The notes: generated from the sequence alone by a model not told the origin. 64,000 nt of DNA from Woeseiaceae bacterium (GCA_035304345.1 DATGQE010000066.1:60344-124343); one strand, 5' to 3'; positions 48,820 to 58,429 are shown, counted from the stretch's first letter. Made by a program: numbers and translations.

Positions 48820-50163
48820 TCAGTCGAACGCGGCCGCCAGCGCCTCCGACAGGCTGCCGATCCCGGTCACCTCGATGCCCTCGGGCCCGGGCTTCGGCAC
48901 GTTCGCGCGCGGCACCACCGCGTGCCGGAATCCCTGCCGCGCCGCTTCCGCGATGCGCTCCGCGCCGAACCGCACCGGCCGCACCTCCCCGGTGAGCCCC
49001 ACCTCGCCGAAGCTCACGAGGCGCCCGCGGCAGGGCCGGTCGCGAAAGCTCGAGACCGCCGCGAGCAACGCCGGCAGATCGGCCGCCGTCTCGCCGATCC
49101 GCAGGCCGCCCACCACGTTCACGAACACGTCCTGCCCGGCGAGTGAGAGGCCGCCGTGGCGCTGGAGCACGGCCACGAGCAACGCCAGCCGGTTGGTGTC
49201 GAAGCCCTGCGCGAGCCGCCGCGGGTGACCGCCCGCTGCCTCCACGACCAGCGACTGGATCTCCACCAGCAGCGGCCGGCTGCCTTCCCAGGCGACGCTC
49301 ACGACGCTCCCCGGAGCACCCTCCTCCGTACCGGACAGGAAGATGGCCGACGGGTTCTTCACCTCGCGGAACCCGGCCGCCGTCATCGCGAACACGCCCA
49401 TCTCGCTGGCGGCGCCGAAGCGGTTCTTGACCGCGCGGATCACGGAATAGCGGCTGCCCGGGTCGTTCTCGAAGTACAGGACGGTGTCGACCATGTGCTC
49501 GACCACGCGCGGCCCCGCGATCGCGCCCTCCTTGGTGACGTGGCCGATGAGGAAGAAGGCCACCTCGCGGCTCTTGGCGAACTGCACCACGCGGCCGACG
49601 CATTCCCTGAGCTGGGCCACGGACCCGGGAGCGGACGGGAGGTCCCGCGTCGCCATCGTCTGGATCGAATCGACGACGACCACGGCCGCCTTTGCCGCGG
49701 CGGCCTGCTCCAGCACGTTGTCGAGGTCGGTATCGGCGAGCAGGCACAGCCGGCTGTCGGCCAGGCCGAGGCGCTGGGCGCGCTGCCCGACCTGTCGCCG
49801 CGACTCCTCGCCGGTCGCGTAGCACACGGTGAGGTCACGGGCGAGCGCAGCGGCGGCCTGCTGCAGGAGCGTGGATTTGCCGACTCCGGGGTCGCCGCCG
49901 AGCAGGATCACCGCCCCGGGCATGACCCCGCCGCCCAGCACCCGGTCGAGCTCGGAGAAGCCCGTGGCGAAGCGGCTCTCCGCCTCCGCGGACAGCTCGG
50001 CCAGGTCGACGGGACGCACCGGCGCGAGCCGCTGCCCGGTCGGCGCCGGCGCCCGTTCCTCGAGCGTGTTCCAGGCATCGCATTCCGGGCATTGCCCCTG
50101 CCACTTCAGGCTGGCGGCGCCGCAGGCGCTGCAGACGTAAGTCGTTTTTCCCGGCTTTGCCAT
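48820..50163 (-). CDS. radA: DNA repair protein RadA
   Basis: Has a zinc ribbon (YVCSACGAASLKWQGQCPEC), Walker A (GDPGVGKST), KNRFG and a Lon-like C-terminal domain. Confidence 0.95.
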   Translation of the reverse strand: MAKPGKTTYVCSACGAASLKWQGQCPECDAWNTLEERAPAPTGQRLAPVRPVDLAELSAEAESRFATGFSELDRVLGGGVMPGAVILLGGDPGVGKSTLLQQAAAALARDLTVCYATGEESRRQVGQRAQRLGLADSRLCLLADTDLDNVLEQAAAAKAAVVVVDSIQTMATRDLPSAPGSVAQLRECVGRVVQFAKSREVAFFLIGHVTKEGAIAGPRVVEHMVDTVLYFENDPGSRYSVIRAVKNRFGAASEMGVFAMTAAGFREVKNPSAIFLSGTEEGAPGSVVSVAWEGSRPLLVEIQSLVVEAAGGHPRRLAQGFDTNRLALLVAVLQRHGGLSLAGQDVFVNVVGGLRIGETAADLPALLAAVSSFRDRPCRGRLVSFGEVGLTGEVRPVRFGAERIAEAARQGFRHAVVPRANVPKPGPEGIEVTGIGSLSEALAAAFD

Positions 50164-50342
50164 TCCCCGCAGCCCGACACGTGTTCGCGGCGCATTGTGC
50201 GACAGTTTCGCGGGCGGATCACGACCGACCCTTGCGGCGGCCTCGGGGAGGCTTTTCCGGCCGCAAAACTGCCAACCCTATCTCACTAGCCCTGCTTGGG
50301 ATTTTCTATACTGCGCGGCGGTCGCGGAGAGCCCGACAGGGG

Positions 50343-52547
50343 ATGCTCCGGCGGCCATCGGGACCGTCCGTGCGCGCCTGCTGCTCTGCCTTCGGCGGCA
50401 GGGCCGCTGCGGCGGCCTCGTTTTGGGTTCGTGAGCTGAGCTTGGACAAAGAACGCACAATACGCCGGGATCGCCTGGTCGCCGCGAGCCTCGTCGGAAT
50501 CCTCCTCGTGCTCCTCTACGGGCCGGGGGCCGCCTGGTTCGTGCAGGCGGACCGCGTGCTCTACGACCAGCTTGCGACGCGCGTGGCCAACGCGCCGCTC
50601 GAGAACGGGATGATCGTCACCATCGACCCGGACCGGGTCGCGCCGGGCAAGCTCGACGCGGTATACGGGGCGATCATCCAGAAGCTGAAGCTCGCCGGGG
50701 TGGCGCGCATCGTCCTGCCCGGCCCGCCGCCGATCGAGCCCGGGGCCGAGCTCCCGGGGTGGGCGGCGACGCTCGCGACGGGCAGCCCGGTGTTCGTGCC
50801 CCGCGGCCATCGCCTCGACCGGGTCGCGAGCTGGAGCGGTTTTCTCAACGTCGAGCCCGACGACGACGGCGTGCTGCGCCGGGCCTCGCTGTGGCAGTTC
50901 GAGGGCGGCGTGATGTTCCCGTCCCTGCCGCTCGCGATCGCGTTGCAGAACCCGCGCTACGCCGGCACGAAGGAACCCATTCCCGGCACCGATGCGGCCG
51001 TCTGCCTCACCAACTACGCCGAGCTGCCGCGCATCTCCGCGATCGCCCTGCTCGAGCCCGATTTCGACACGGCTTCGCTGGCGGGCCGCACCGTGTTCGT
51101 CGACACCGACGCACCGCTGGTCGCGGCCGTCGCCACGCTGCCTTCCGGCCAGTACGTCACGCGCTCGGAGCTCACCGCGGCGCTCCTGGCCGGCATCGAG
51201 CAGCAGCAGGCGGTCACCGCCCCGCTGCCGGTGATAGTGCTGCAATGGCTCGCCCCCGTGCTGCTCGGAATCGGTGCCGTGCTGTGGATGCCCGGGCGCC
51301 GCCGGCGCGACGTCGTCCTCGCCACGCTCGCCGCCATTCTCGTGCTGGTCGTGCTGGAAGCCCTGCTGCTCGCGTTCGGCCGGCTGCGCCTCGACCTCGG
51401 CCGGCCGGTGCTCATCGTCGCGAGCGTCGGCATCCTGTGCTGGTGGTTCGCGACGAGCGGCAAGAAGGCGGCGGTGAATGCATTCAAGCGCGGCACGGAC
51501 TTCCTCGCCGCCGGGCGCCTGGAACCGGCGTTCGCGGAGTTCCGCCGTTGCGAGCCCACCGAGACGCTCGCGGCCGTCATGTACAAGCTGTCGCTCGCGT
51601 TCGAGGAGCAGGCGAAACCGGAACGCGCCGAAGCCGTCCTGCAGTGGATGAAGCGCACGCAGGAACCGCCTCCGCCGCGCGAGAAGCGCAGCCTGTCGCT
51701 GTCGGATTCCAACGGCATGCCGCAGCGCCTCGGGCGCTACGTGATCGAGCGGCGCATCGGGCGCGGCGCCATGGGCGCCGTCTACCTCGCCCGCGACCCG
51801 CGCATCAACCGCCCGGTGGCGCTCAAGGTCATCCCGATCGAGAAGGAATTCGAGGACGAGGAGCTCGAGGAAGCGCGGCTGCGATTCTTCCGCGAGGCGG
51901 AGTCCGCCGGCCGCCTGACGCACCCGAACATCATCACCGTCTACGACGCCGGCGAGGACAAGCACCTCGCTTACATCGCGATGGAGTACCTCACCGGCCA
52001 GCAGCTCACGCACTTCACGGACCCGAAGCGCCTGCTCGCCCCGAAGAAGGCACTGGAGCTCTGTGCGAGGACCGCCGAGGCGCTCGACTACGCACACAAC
52101 CAGCAGGTGATACACCGCGACATCAAGCCCGCCAACCTGATGTGGGACAACCGCGCCGACATCCTCAAGATCACGGACTTCGGCGTCGCCCGGCTCACCG
52201 ACAACAACCGGACGAAGACCGGCATCGTGCTCGGCACACCGATGTACATGTCGCCCGAGCAGCTCGCCGCGGAACCCCTTACGGGCCACTCGGACTTGTT
52301 TTCGCTTGGTGTTACTCTATACGAGCTCCTGGCCGGCGAGGTGCCGTTCAAGGCCACGAACATAGCAGTGTTGATGACGAAGATTACCTCGGAGGATCCG
52401 GTGCCGGTCTCGAGGCGCCGCCCGGGCATTCCTCCGAGCGTGGATGCGGTGCTGTCCAAGGCGCTGGCGAAACGACCCGAAGACCGCTTTGCGAACGGCG
52501 GTGAGATGGCGATCGCCCTTCGCAACTGCGCACGATATGCGGCGTGA
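50343..52547 (+). CDS. Membrane sensor Ser/Thr protein kinase with N-terminal CHASE2-like domain
   Basis: The Hanks kinase motifs are IGRGAMGAVY, VALKVI, HRDIKPANL, DFG and YMSPEQ. Upstream there is a TM, an extracytoplasmic region, three TMs and a TPR-like linker. The start is uncertain (ATG 50343 or TTG 50442). Confidence 0.85.
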   Translation: MLRRPSGPSVRACCSAFGGRAAAAASFWVRELSLDKERTIRRDRLVAASLVGILLVLLYGPGAAWFVQADRVLYDQLATRVANAPLENGMIVTIDPDRVAPGKLDAVYGAIIQKLKLAGVARIVLPGPPPIEPGAELPGWAATLATGSPVFVPRGHRLDRVASWSGFLNVEPDDDGVLRRASLWQFEGGVMFPSLPLAIALQNPRYAGTKEPIPGTDAAVCLTNYAELPRISAIALLEPDFDTASLAGRTVFVDTDAPLVAAVATLPSGQYVTRSELTAALLAGIEQQQAVTAPLPVIVLQWLAPVLLGIGAVLWMPGRRRRDVVLATLAAILVLVVLEALLLAFGRLRLDLGRPVLIVASVGILCWWFATSGKKAAVNAFKRGTDFLAAGRLEPAFAEFRRCEPTETLAAVMYKLSLAFEEQAKPERAEAVLQWMKRTQEPPPPREKRSLSLSDSNGMPQRLGRYVIERRIGRGAMGAVYLARDPRINRPVALKVIPIEKEFEDEELEEARLRFFREAESAGRLTHPNIITVYDAGEDKHLAYIAMEYLTGQQLTHFTDPKRLLAPKKALELCARTAEALDYAHNQQVIHRDIKPANLMWDNRADILKITDFGVARLTDNNRTKTGIVLGTPMYMSPEQLAAEPLTGHSDLFSLGVTLYELLAGEVPFKATNIAVLMTKITSEDPVPVSRRRPGIPPSVDAVLSKALAKRPEDRFANGGEMAIALRNCARYAA

Positions 52548-52569
52548 GCACAGAAGAAGAAACGTCCCT

Positions 52570-53397
52570 ATGAGCCTGCGCGGAAAGATCAAGTTTGCCG
52601 AGATCACCGATACCGGCAAGGTCAGGGAGCACAACGAGGATGCGATCGGCTCCGACCCGGATACGGGCCTCATGGTGCTGGCGGACGGCATGGGAGGGTA
52701 CAACGCCGGAGAGGTGGCAAGCGGCATCGCCGTCCAGACCGTCACCGAGCTGGCGGTCGAGGGGGCGAGCCGCGAGAGCCGCAACGAGATCGATCCCATG
52801 ACCGGCCTGATGCGCCAGTCGATCGTGCTTCGCGATGCCGTCGCCCGCGCGAACAAGATCATCTTCCAGACCGCCCAGAGCCAGACCCACTGCGAGGGGA
52901 TGGGCACCACCCTGGTCGCTGCCATGTTCTACGACAACCGCGTCTCGATCGCGCACGTCGGGGACTCGCGCGCCTATCGCCTGAGGGGCGACAAGTTCGA
53001 GCAGCTCACGCTCGACCATTCACTGCTCCAGGAGCTCGTGGACCGCGGCTTCTACTCCGAGGAGGAGGCGCAGCGCTCGACCAACCGCAACTACGTGACC
53101 CGGGCGCTTGGGGTGGAGCCGACCGTGGAGGTCGAGGTCCAGGAGTTCGACGCCCGCAAGGGGGACATCTTCCTGCTGTGCTCGGACGGCCTGCCGGACA
53201 TGGTCGAGGACGAGGATATTCACTTAACCATCAGCACTTTTAATGCTAGTCTTGAGACGGTCGGTCAACAGCTCATCCAGCTGACCAACGACCACGGCGG
53301 GCGAGATAACGTATCCGTGATGCTGGCTCAGATCATGGAGCCATTCGCGGCAAAAAGGGGGCTCGTTGCCAGGCTTTCGAAAATGTTCCGTTCCTGA
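52570..53397 (+). CDS. PP2C-family Ser/Thr protein phosphatase
   Basis: NEDA, LADGMGG, HVGDSRAY, LLCSDGL and GGRDNVSV are the PP2C/Stp motifs. It starts 22 nt after the kinase stop. Confidence 0.9.
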   Translation: MSLRGKIKFAEITDTGKVREHNEDAIGSDPDTGLMVLADGMGGYNAGEVASGIAVQTVTELAVEGASRESRNEIDPMTGLMRQSIVLRDAVARANKIIFQTAQSQTHCEGMGTTLVAAMFYDNRVSIAHVGDSRAYRLRGDKFEQLTLDHSLLQELVDRGFYSEEEAQRSTNRNYVTRALGVEPTVEVEVQEFDARKGDIFLLCSDGLPDMVEDEDIHLTISTFNASLETVGQQLIQLTNDHGGRDNVSVMLAQIMEPFAAKRGLVARLSKMFRS

Positions 53398-53479
53398 ACG
53401 GCTGCATGGGTGACAAGCGGCGCGGGGGGAGTTCGACCCGCGTATATCGGACGACTTACAGTAAACGGCGCAGAACAAT

Positions 53480-54238
53480 ATGGCACGTTTGATCCTCAGT
53501 CTCGACAGCCAGGTATTGGCCGAGTACAACATGACCAAGGAGCGCTACACGATCGGGCGTCTCCCGGACAACGACGTCCGTATCGACAACCCCGCCGTGA
53601 GCGGTCATCACTCGCTGATCATCAACATCCTCAATGACTCTTTCCTCGAGGATCTCAACAGCACGAACGGCACCTACGTCAACGGCAAGCTGATCAAGAA
53701 GCATGCCTTGCAGCACGGTGACGTGATCACCATCGGGCATCACCAGCTCCGCTTCTCGGACCAGCGGGACGTCGAGCAGGACGAGTTCGAGAAGACCATG
53801 GTGATCCCCTCGGGGCAGCACAGCGCGGAGCAGCTCGCCCGTGCCGAGAAGGCGGCGGCCGCGGCAGCGAGCCGCGCGAAGGTCGAAGCCCGCAAGCCGC
53901 TGGCGGAGCCGAAGCTGCACACGGACACGGCCGTCGGCATCGACCCGAGGACTGCGCCGAATGCGTTGCCCCTCGCGAAGCTCCAGGTGCTGTCCGGCGC
54001 TTTCGCGGGGCGCGAGCTCGAGCTGACGAAGGCATTGACGACGCTGGGGCGCCCCGGGGTGCAGGTCGCGGCGATCACGCGCCGCGCCGAAGGTTACTTC
54101 ATCGTGCACGTCGAGAGCGGCAAGGAAGGCGATTACCCGCTGGTCAACGGCCAGCCCATCGGCGCGCAGGCGCGCAAGCTCAACGACAACGACGTCGTGC
54201 AGCTCGCGGGCGTCAAGATGGGATTCTTCCTGAGCTAA
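53480..54238 (+). CDS. FHA-domain protein: canonical N-terminal FHA plus degenerate C-terminal FHA-like domain
   Basis: The N-terminal domain has G-R...S-xx-H...N-G (TIGRLPDND...VSGHHSLI...STNGTYVNG). The C-terminal domain keeps GR and NG (TLGRPG...LVNGQPI) but lacks S-xx-H. An Ala/Lys-rich linker joins them. The 3' end overlaps the alr stop by 4 nt (convergent). Confidence 0.85.
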   Translation: MARLILSLDSQVLAEYNMTKERYTIGRLPDNDVRIDNPAVSGHHSLIINILNDSFLEDLNSTNGTYVNGKLIKKHALQHGDVITIGHHQLRFSDQRDVEQDEFEKTMVIPSGQHSAEQLARAEKAAAAAASRAKVEARKPLAEPKLHTDTAVGIDPRTAPNALPLAKLQVLSGAFAGRELELTKALTTLGRPGVQVAAITRRAEGYFIVHVESGKEGDYPLVNGQPIGAQARKLNDNDVVQLAGVKMGFFLS

Positions 54239-55320
54239 GGCACGACCAGGCGCGGCGCGCGCACGCCGCACATGAGCGTGTAGGGCACGGTGCCGGCGTG
54301 CTCTGCCACCTCCTCCACCGGTAACTCGTCCCCCCACAGCACGACCCGGTCGCCGATCGCATCCGGCGCATCCGGCCCCAGGTCGACGGCCGCGAAATCC
54401 ATCGATACCCGCCCGGCGAGCGGCACGCGCCGGCCGTTGATCACGACCGGCGCTCCCGAGGGCAGGAAGCGCGTGTAGCCGTCCCCGTAACCGGCCGCCA
54501 CGATCCCGAGAACGGTGTCGCGGCTCGCCTGCCAGGTGCCGCCGTAGCCCACGCGATTGCCGGCCCGCACGCGCTTGAGCCCGACGAGCTCGGTCTCGAA
54601 CTGCATGACCGGCCGCAACCCGAAGTCGCGCGCCTGCGTCCCGGGGAACGGTGCCACGCCGTACAGCGCGAGACCGCAGCGGACCCAGGTCCGCGCCGGT
54701 TCGCAGCCGCAGGCGGCGGCCACGGTCCACCCGAGCAGGCCGGGCGAGTTCGCGACGCTGATCTCGCCGTCGAACCCGTCGAGCAGGTCCCGGAACCGGC
54801 CGAGCTGCTCGCTCGTCCGCCGGTCGCGGCGATCGTCGGCGTTCGCGAGGTGCGTCATGAGCCGCACCTCGCGCACCGCGCGGGCCGCACGCACGCGCGC
54901 GAGGACCTGCGGGCACTCGGCCGGCTCGAACCCCAGCCGCCGCATGCCGGTATCGACCTCCACCCACACGACCGCCTCGCCCGCCGGCGCGGACTCGACC
55001 AGCTCGAGCTGGTCGCGGCAGTGAATGACCGGCTGGACGCCGTGGGCGAGCGCGGCGGCGAGGTCCTCGCGGCGATACACCCCGCCGAAGAGCACGATCG
55101 GCTTGCCGGGCAGCGCCTCGGCGAGCCCGAGGGCGTCGTGCAGCCGCGCCACGCCGTAGGCGTCCGCGTCGGGCAGCGCGCCGGCCACCGGCAGCATGCC
55201 GTGCCCGTACGCGTCGGCCTTGACCACGGCTACCATGCGGGCTCCCGAGGCCGCCTCACGAAGCTTTGCGAAATTGTTCCGAAGTGCCTCCAGGCGGACG
55301 AGCGCGCGCGGCGCGCTCAC
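54235..55320 (-). CDS. alr: Alanine racemase
   Basis: The GTG at 55320 overlaps the dnaB stop (GTGA). The PLP Lys motif VVKADAYGHG and the C-terminal VSMDF...TVPYTLMC region are typical. Confidence 0.92.
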   Translation of the reverse strand: MSAPRALVRLEALRNNFAKLREAASGARMVAVVKADAYGHGMLPVAGALPDADAYGVARLHDALGLAEALPGKPIVLFGGVYRREDLAAALAHGVQPVIHCRDQLELVESAPAGEAVVWVEVDTGMRRLGFEPAECPQVLARVRAARAVREVRLMTHLANADDRRDRRTSEQLGRFRDLLDGFDGEISVANSPGLLGWTVAAACGCEPARTWVRCGLALYGVAPFPGTQARDFGLRPVMQFETELVGLKRVRAGNRVGYGGTWQASRDTVLGIVAAGYGDGYTRFLPSGAPVVINGRRVPLAGRVSMDFAAVDLGPDAPDAIGDRVVLWGDELPVEEVAEHAGTVPYTLMCGVRAPRLVVP

Positions 55321-56714
55321 GGATACCCCTCGGCGCCGTAAGCGTCCGGCGCGAAATTCTCGAACTTCGTGTAGCGGCCGACGAACGTGAGCGGGAAGTC
55401 GCCGACGGGACCGTTGCGCTGCTTGGCGATGGTGATGTCGGCAATGCCCTTGCGCGGCGAATCCTGGTTGTAGACCTCGTCGCGGTAGATGAAGACGATC
55501 AGGTCGGCGTCCTGTTCGATCGCACCGGACTCGCGGAGGTCCGACATGACCGGCCGCTTGTCGGTGCGCTGCTCCACGCTGCGGTTGAGCTGCGACAACG
55601 CGATGATCGGCACCTGCAGCTCTTTCGCGAGCGCCTTCATGGAACGCGAGATCTCCGAGATCTCGGTGGCGCGATTCTCGGTGGTGCCGGGCACCTGCAT
55701 GAGCTGCAGGTAATCGAGCACGATGAGTCCCAGCCCGTGCTCCCGCTTGAGCCGCCGCGCCCGCGCGCGCACCTCCGTGGGCGAAAGCGCGGGCGAGTCG
55801 TCGATGTAGATCGGCGCCTCGGACATGAGCTGGACGGCCGTGTTGATCCGCGACCAGTCCTCGTCGGGGAACCTCCCGGTCCGCAGGTGCGCCTGGTCCA
55901 CCCGGCCGAGCGACGAGATCATGCGGAATGCGAGCTGCTGCGACGGCATCTCCATGGAGAAGATCGCCGTCGGCACGCGCCCGCCGATCGCCGCGTTCTC
56001 GGCGATGTTGATCGCGAGCGTGGTCTTGCCCATCGACGGGCGCCCGGCGATCACGATCAGCTCGCCGGGCTGCAGGCCGGCGGTCATCTTGTCGAACTCG
56101 GTGTAGCCCGTCGCGATGCCGGTGATGTCGCCGCCGCGCTGGTGCAGGAGGTCGATGCGGTCGACCGTTTCGGGGAGGATCTGTTTCAGGGAACGGAAAC
56201 CGACGCGGCCCCGCGCGCCCCGGTCGGCGATTTCGAAGACGAGCTGCTCGGCTTCGTCGACCAGCTCGGTTGCGCTGCGCCCGCCCGTCGAGTAGGCATT
56301 GCCGCTGATGCGGTTGCCGGCGTCGATCAGCGAGCGCAGCATCGAGCGCTCCCGCAGGATCAGCGCGTAGGCCCGCACGTTCGCGGCGCCGGGCGTCTCG
56401 TTGGCCAGCGTCGCCAGGTACTCGAGGCCGCCCGCGGCGTCGAGTTTTGCGCGCTTGTCGAGGTACTCGGAGACCGTGACGACGTCGCACGGCTGGCCGG
56501 CTTCGACGAGGTCCGCGATCGCGGCGAAGATCAGCCGGTGGTCCTTGCGGTAGAAGTCCTCGGCGATCACGAGGTCCGCCACCTTGTCCCAGGCGGCGCC
56601 GTCGATCATGAGCCCACCGAGCAGCGACTGCTCGGCTTCGGTGGAGTGCGGGGGCACGCGCAGGCGACGTTCGGTGCCCTCGATGCCGCCGGCGTCGTCC
56701 AGTGCTCGAACCAT
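55317..56714 (-). CDS. dnaB: Replicative DNA helicase DnaB
   Basis: PPHSTEAEQSLLGG, Walker A (GRPSMGKTT), and IVLDYLQLM and SQLNR motifs are present. Confidence 0.96.
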   Translation of the reverse strand: MVRALDDAGGIEGTERRLRVPPHSTEAEQSLLGGLMIDGAAWDKVADLVIAEDFYRKDHRLIFAAIADLVEAGQPCDVVTVSEYLDKRAKLDAAGGLEYLATLANETPGAANVRAYALILRERSMLRSLIDAGNRISGNAYSTGGRSATELVDEAEQLVFEIADRGARGRVGFRSLKQILPETVDRIDLLHQRGGDITGIATGYTEFDKMTAGLQPGELIVIAGRPSMGKTTLAINIAENAAIGGRVPTAIFSMEMPSQQLAFRMISSLGRVDQAHLRTGRFPDEDWSRINTAVQLMSEAPIYIDDSPALSPTEVRARARRLKREHGLGLIVLDYLQLMQVPGTTENRATEISEISRSMKALAKELQVPIIALSQLNRSVEQRTDKRPVMSDLRESGAIEQDADLIVFIYRDEVYNQDSPRKGIADITIAKQRNGPVGDFPLTFVGRYTKFENFAPDAYGAEGYP

Positions 56715-56779
56715 GTGACTGTATCCCCCCGGCGGGCCGTACGCCGCCCGCTCGCTCGTTCAGCGCGTCAAGGTGGCGC

Positions 56780-57229
56780 TCACTCCTCCGGCACGACCTT
56801 CAGGTTGACCTCGACGTCCACGTCGGTGTGCAGGTGCACGCCGATGACGAAATCCCCGGTCTCGTGGATCGGGCCGTCCGGCATGCGGATCTCGCTGCGC
56901 GCGACCTCGACCCCCACCTTCTCGAAGGCCTCGGCGATGTCGACCGGGCCGACCGAGCCGAACAGCTTGCCTTCCGGGCCCACGTTCGCCCGCACGACCA
57001 GCTCCATGCCACGGATCAGGTCGGCACGCGCCCGCGCGGCGGCGAGCTCTTCCGCCGCGGCCTTCTCGAGCTCGGCGCGCCGCGCCTCGAACGCGGCCAC
57101 GTTCTCGGCCGTCGCCAGCGCGGCCTTGCCCTTGGGCAGCAGGTAATTGCGGCCGTAGCCGGGCTTCACCGTCACGAGGTCCCCGATGTCCCCGAGATTC
57201 TCAACGCTGTCCAGCAAAATGACCTTCAT
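56780..57229 (-). CDS. rplI: 50S ribosomal protein L9
   Basis: ATG at 57229. MKVILLDSVENLGDIGDLVTVKPGYGRNYLLPKG is typical L9. Confidence 0.96.
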   Translation of the reverse strand: MKVILLDSVENLGDIGDLVTVKPGYGRNYLLPKGKAALATAENVAAFEARRAELEKAAAEELAAARARADLIRGMELVVRANVGPEGKLFGSVGPVDIAEAFEKVGVEVARSEIRMPDGPIHETGDFVIGVHLHTDVDVEVNLKVVPEE

Positions 57230-57233
57230 GTGT

Positions 57234-58148
57234 TCACCCTTGTGTGCCTCCATTCCCGGCTCGCGGGAACGGACCTCCCCGGAACCGCCAGCGGAACCAG
57301 GCATCGACATAGCCCGCGGCCGCCAGCCCCAGGAACCAGAAACCGGTCAGGACCGGCAGCGTTGCGTACACCAGCACGAATGCCGGCAACGGCAACCTTC
57401 CTGCGGCCCGCAGCCAGTGCACGACCGCGAGACCCTGGAGCCAGAATACCGCAAACATGACGAATGCGAGACTCCGTAACGCCGCGGCGCCCGATACCAG
57501 CGCCCCCAGGGACGCCGCTGCCATGAGCGTCGCCAGCACCCGACCGAAGTCGAGGTCGCGAAAGCGGCCGAACTCGCCGCTTTTGCCAGGCAGCGCCCCG
57601 TAGGCGGCATACCCGAGCAACAACACGACCGCGTACAACGACCAGGTCGAGGCGACGGCCACGGCCGTCATCTGCGGCGCGTACTCGTGCCGCGCCTCGT
57701 GCAGGAAATCCGCGTAACCGGCGAATCCTGCGCCCCGCATCTGGTCCGCGAGCCGGCCCAGCGTTTCCACCCAGAAATCGACCGGATCGCCGACCGTCGC
57801 GAAAAAGCCGAGCGTGCCCACCAGCGCCGCGATCGCCCAGACCTGCAACGTGAGCGTGAGCGACCGCCAGCGCCGCAGCATCACCGCGAGCACCATGACG
57901 GGCGCCCAGATCACGGCGCCGTTGCCGAACACCTGCGCGACCGGCGCGCCGATGATCAGCGAGCTCAGCGACAGGATCGCGATGGCGATCCCGCCCTGGA
58001 AGGCGGCCGGCACGACGCCCTGCCCCAGCACCAGGAGCGCCATCACCGTGCCGCTCAGGACGTGCGCGAACGGCAGGAGCAGCGTCGCGGCGAGCCCAAT
58101 GACCGCGTGCTGCGGCCGGGCGATCAGCCAGGCGGCAACGGCGCGCAC
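57234..58148 (-). CDS. Polytopic inner-membrane protein (DUF2232/YybS-like position between rpsR and rplI)
   Basis: 304-aa product with about 8 hydrophobic helices and no catalytic motif that I recognise. Its stop lies 4 nt before the rplI start. Confidence 0.6.
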   Translation of the reverse strand: MRAVAAWLIARPQHAVIGLAATLLLPFAHVLSGTVMALLVLGQGVVPAAFQGGIAIAILSLSSLIIGAPVAQVFGNGAVIWAPVMVLAVMLRRWRSLTLTLQVWAIAALVGTLGFFATVGDPVDFWVETLGRLADQMRGAGFAGYADFLHEARHEYAPQMTAVAVASTWSLYAVVLLLGYAAYGALPGKSGEFGRFRDLDFGRVLATLMAAASLGALVSGAAALRSLAFVMFAVFWLQGLAVVHWLRAAGRLPLPAFVLVYATLPVLTGFWFLGLAAAGYVDAWFRWRFRGGPFPRAGNGGTQG

Positions 58149-58193
58149 GGACTCGAGGGCAGGACCGGGATGCCGATCACCTCGCCCCGGCGC

Positions 58194-58418
58194 TCAGTGC
58201 CGGTCGGTGTACGGCAGCAGCGCGAGGTACCGGGCCCGCTTCACCGCCGTGGCGAGCTGGCGCTGGTAATGCGCCTTGGTGCCCGTGATGCGGCTCGGGA
58301 CGATCTTGCCCGTCTCCGTGATGTAGGCCTTGAGCAGCGAGAGATCCTTGTAGTCGATCTCCTTGATGCCCTCGGCCGTGAACCGGCAGTACTTGCGTCG
58401 GCGTGAATATCGGCTCAT
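58194..58418 (-). CDS. rpsR: 30S ribosomal protein S18
   Basis: [41 protein letters not shown] is typical S18. Confidence 0.97.
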   Translation of the reverse strand: MSRYSRRRKYCRFTAEGIKEIDYKDLSLLKAYITETGKIVPSRITGTKAHYQRQLATAVKRARYLALLPYTDRH

Positions 58419-58429
58419 CGCTACAATCC

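Noticed and set aside
50343-54238. The kinase/PP2C/FHA trio as the threonine-phosphorylation pathway of a type VI secretion system.
   Set aside because: No T6SS structural genes (tssA-M, hcp, vgrG, clpV) are anywhere in the 64-kb window. The FHA protein architecture (two FHA-type domains, 252 aa) and the CHASE2-type sensor differ from Fha1/PpkA.
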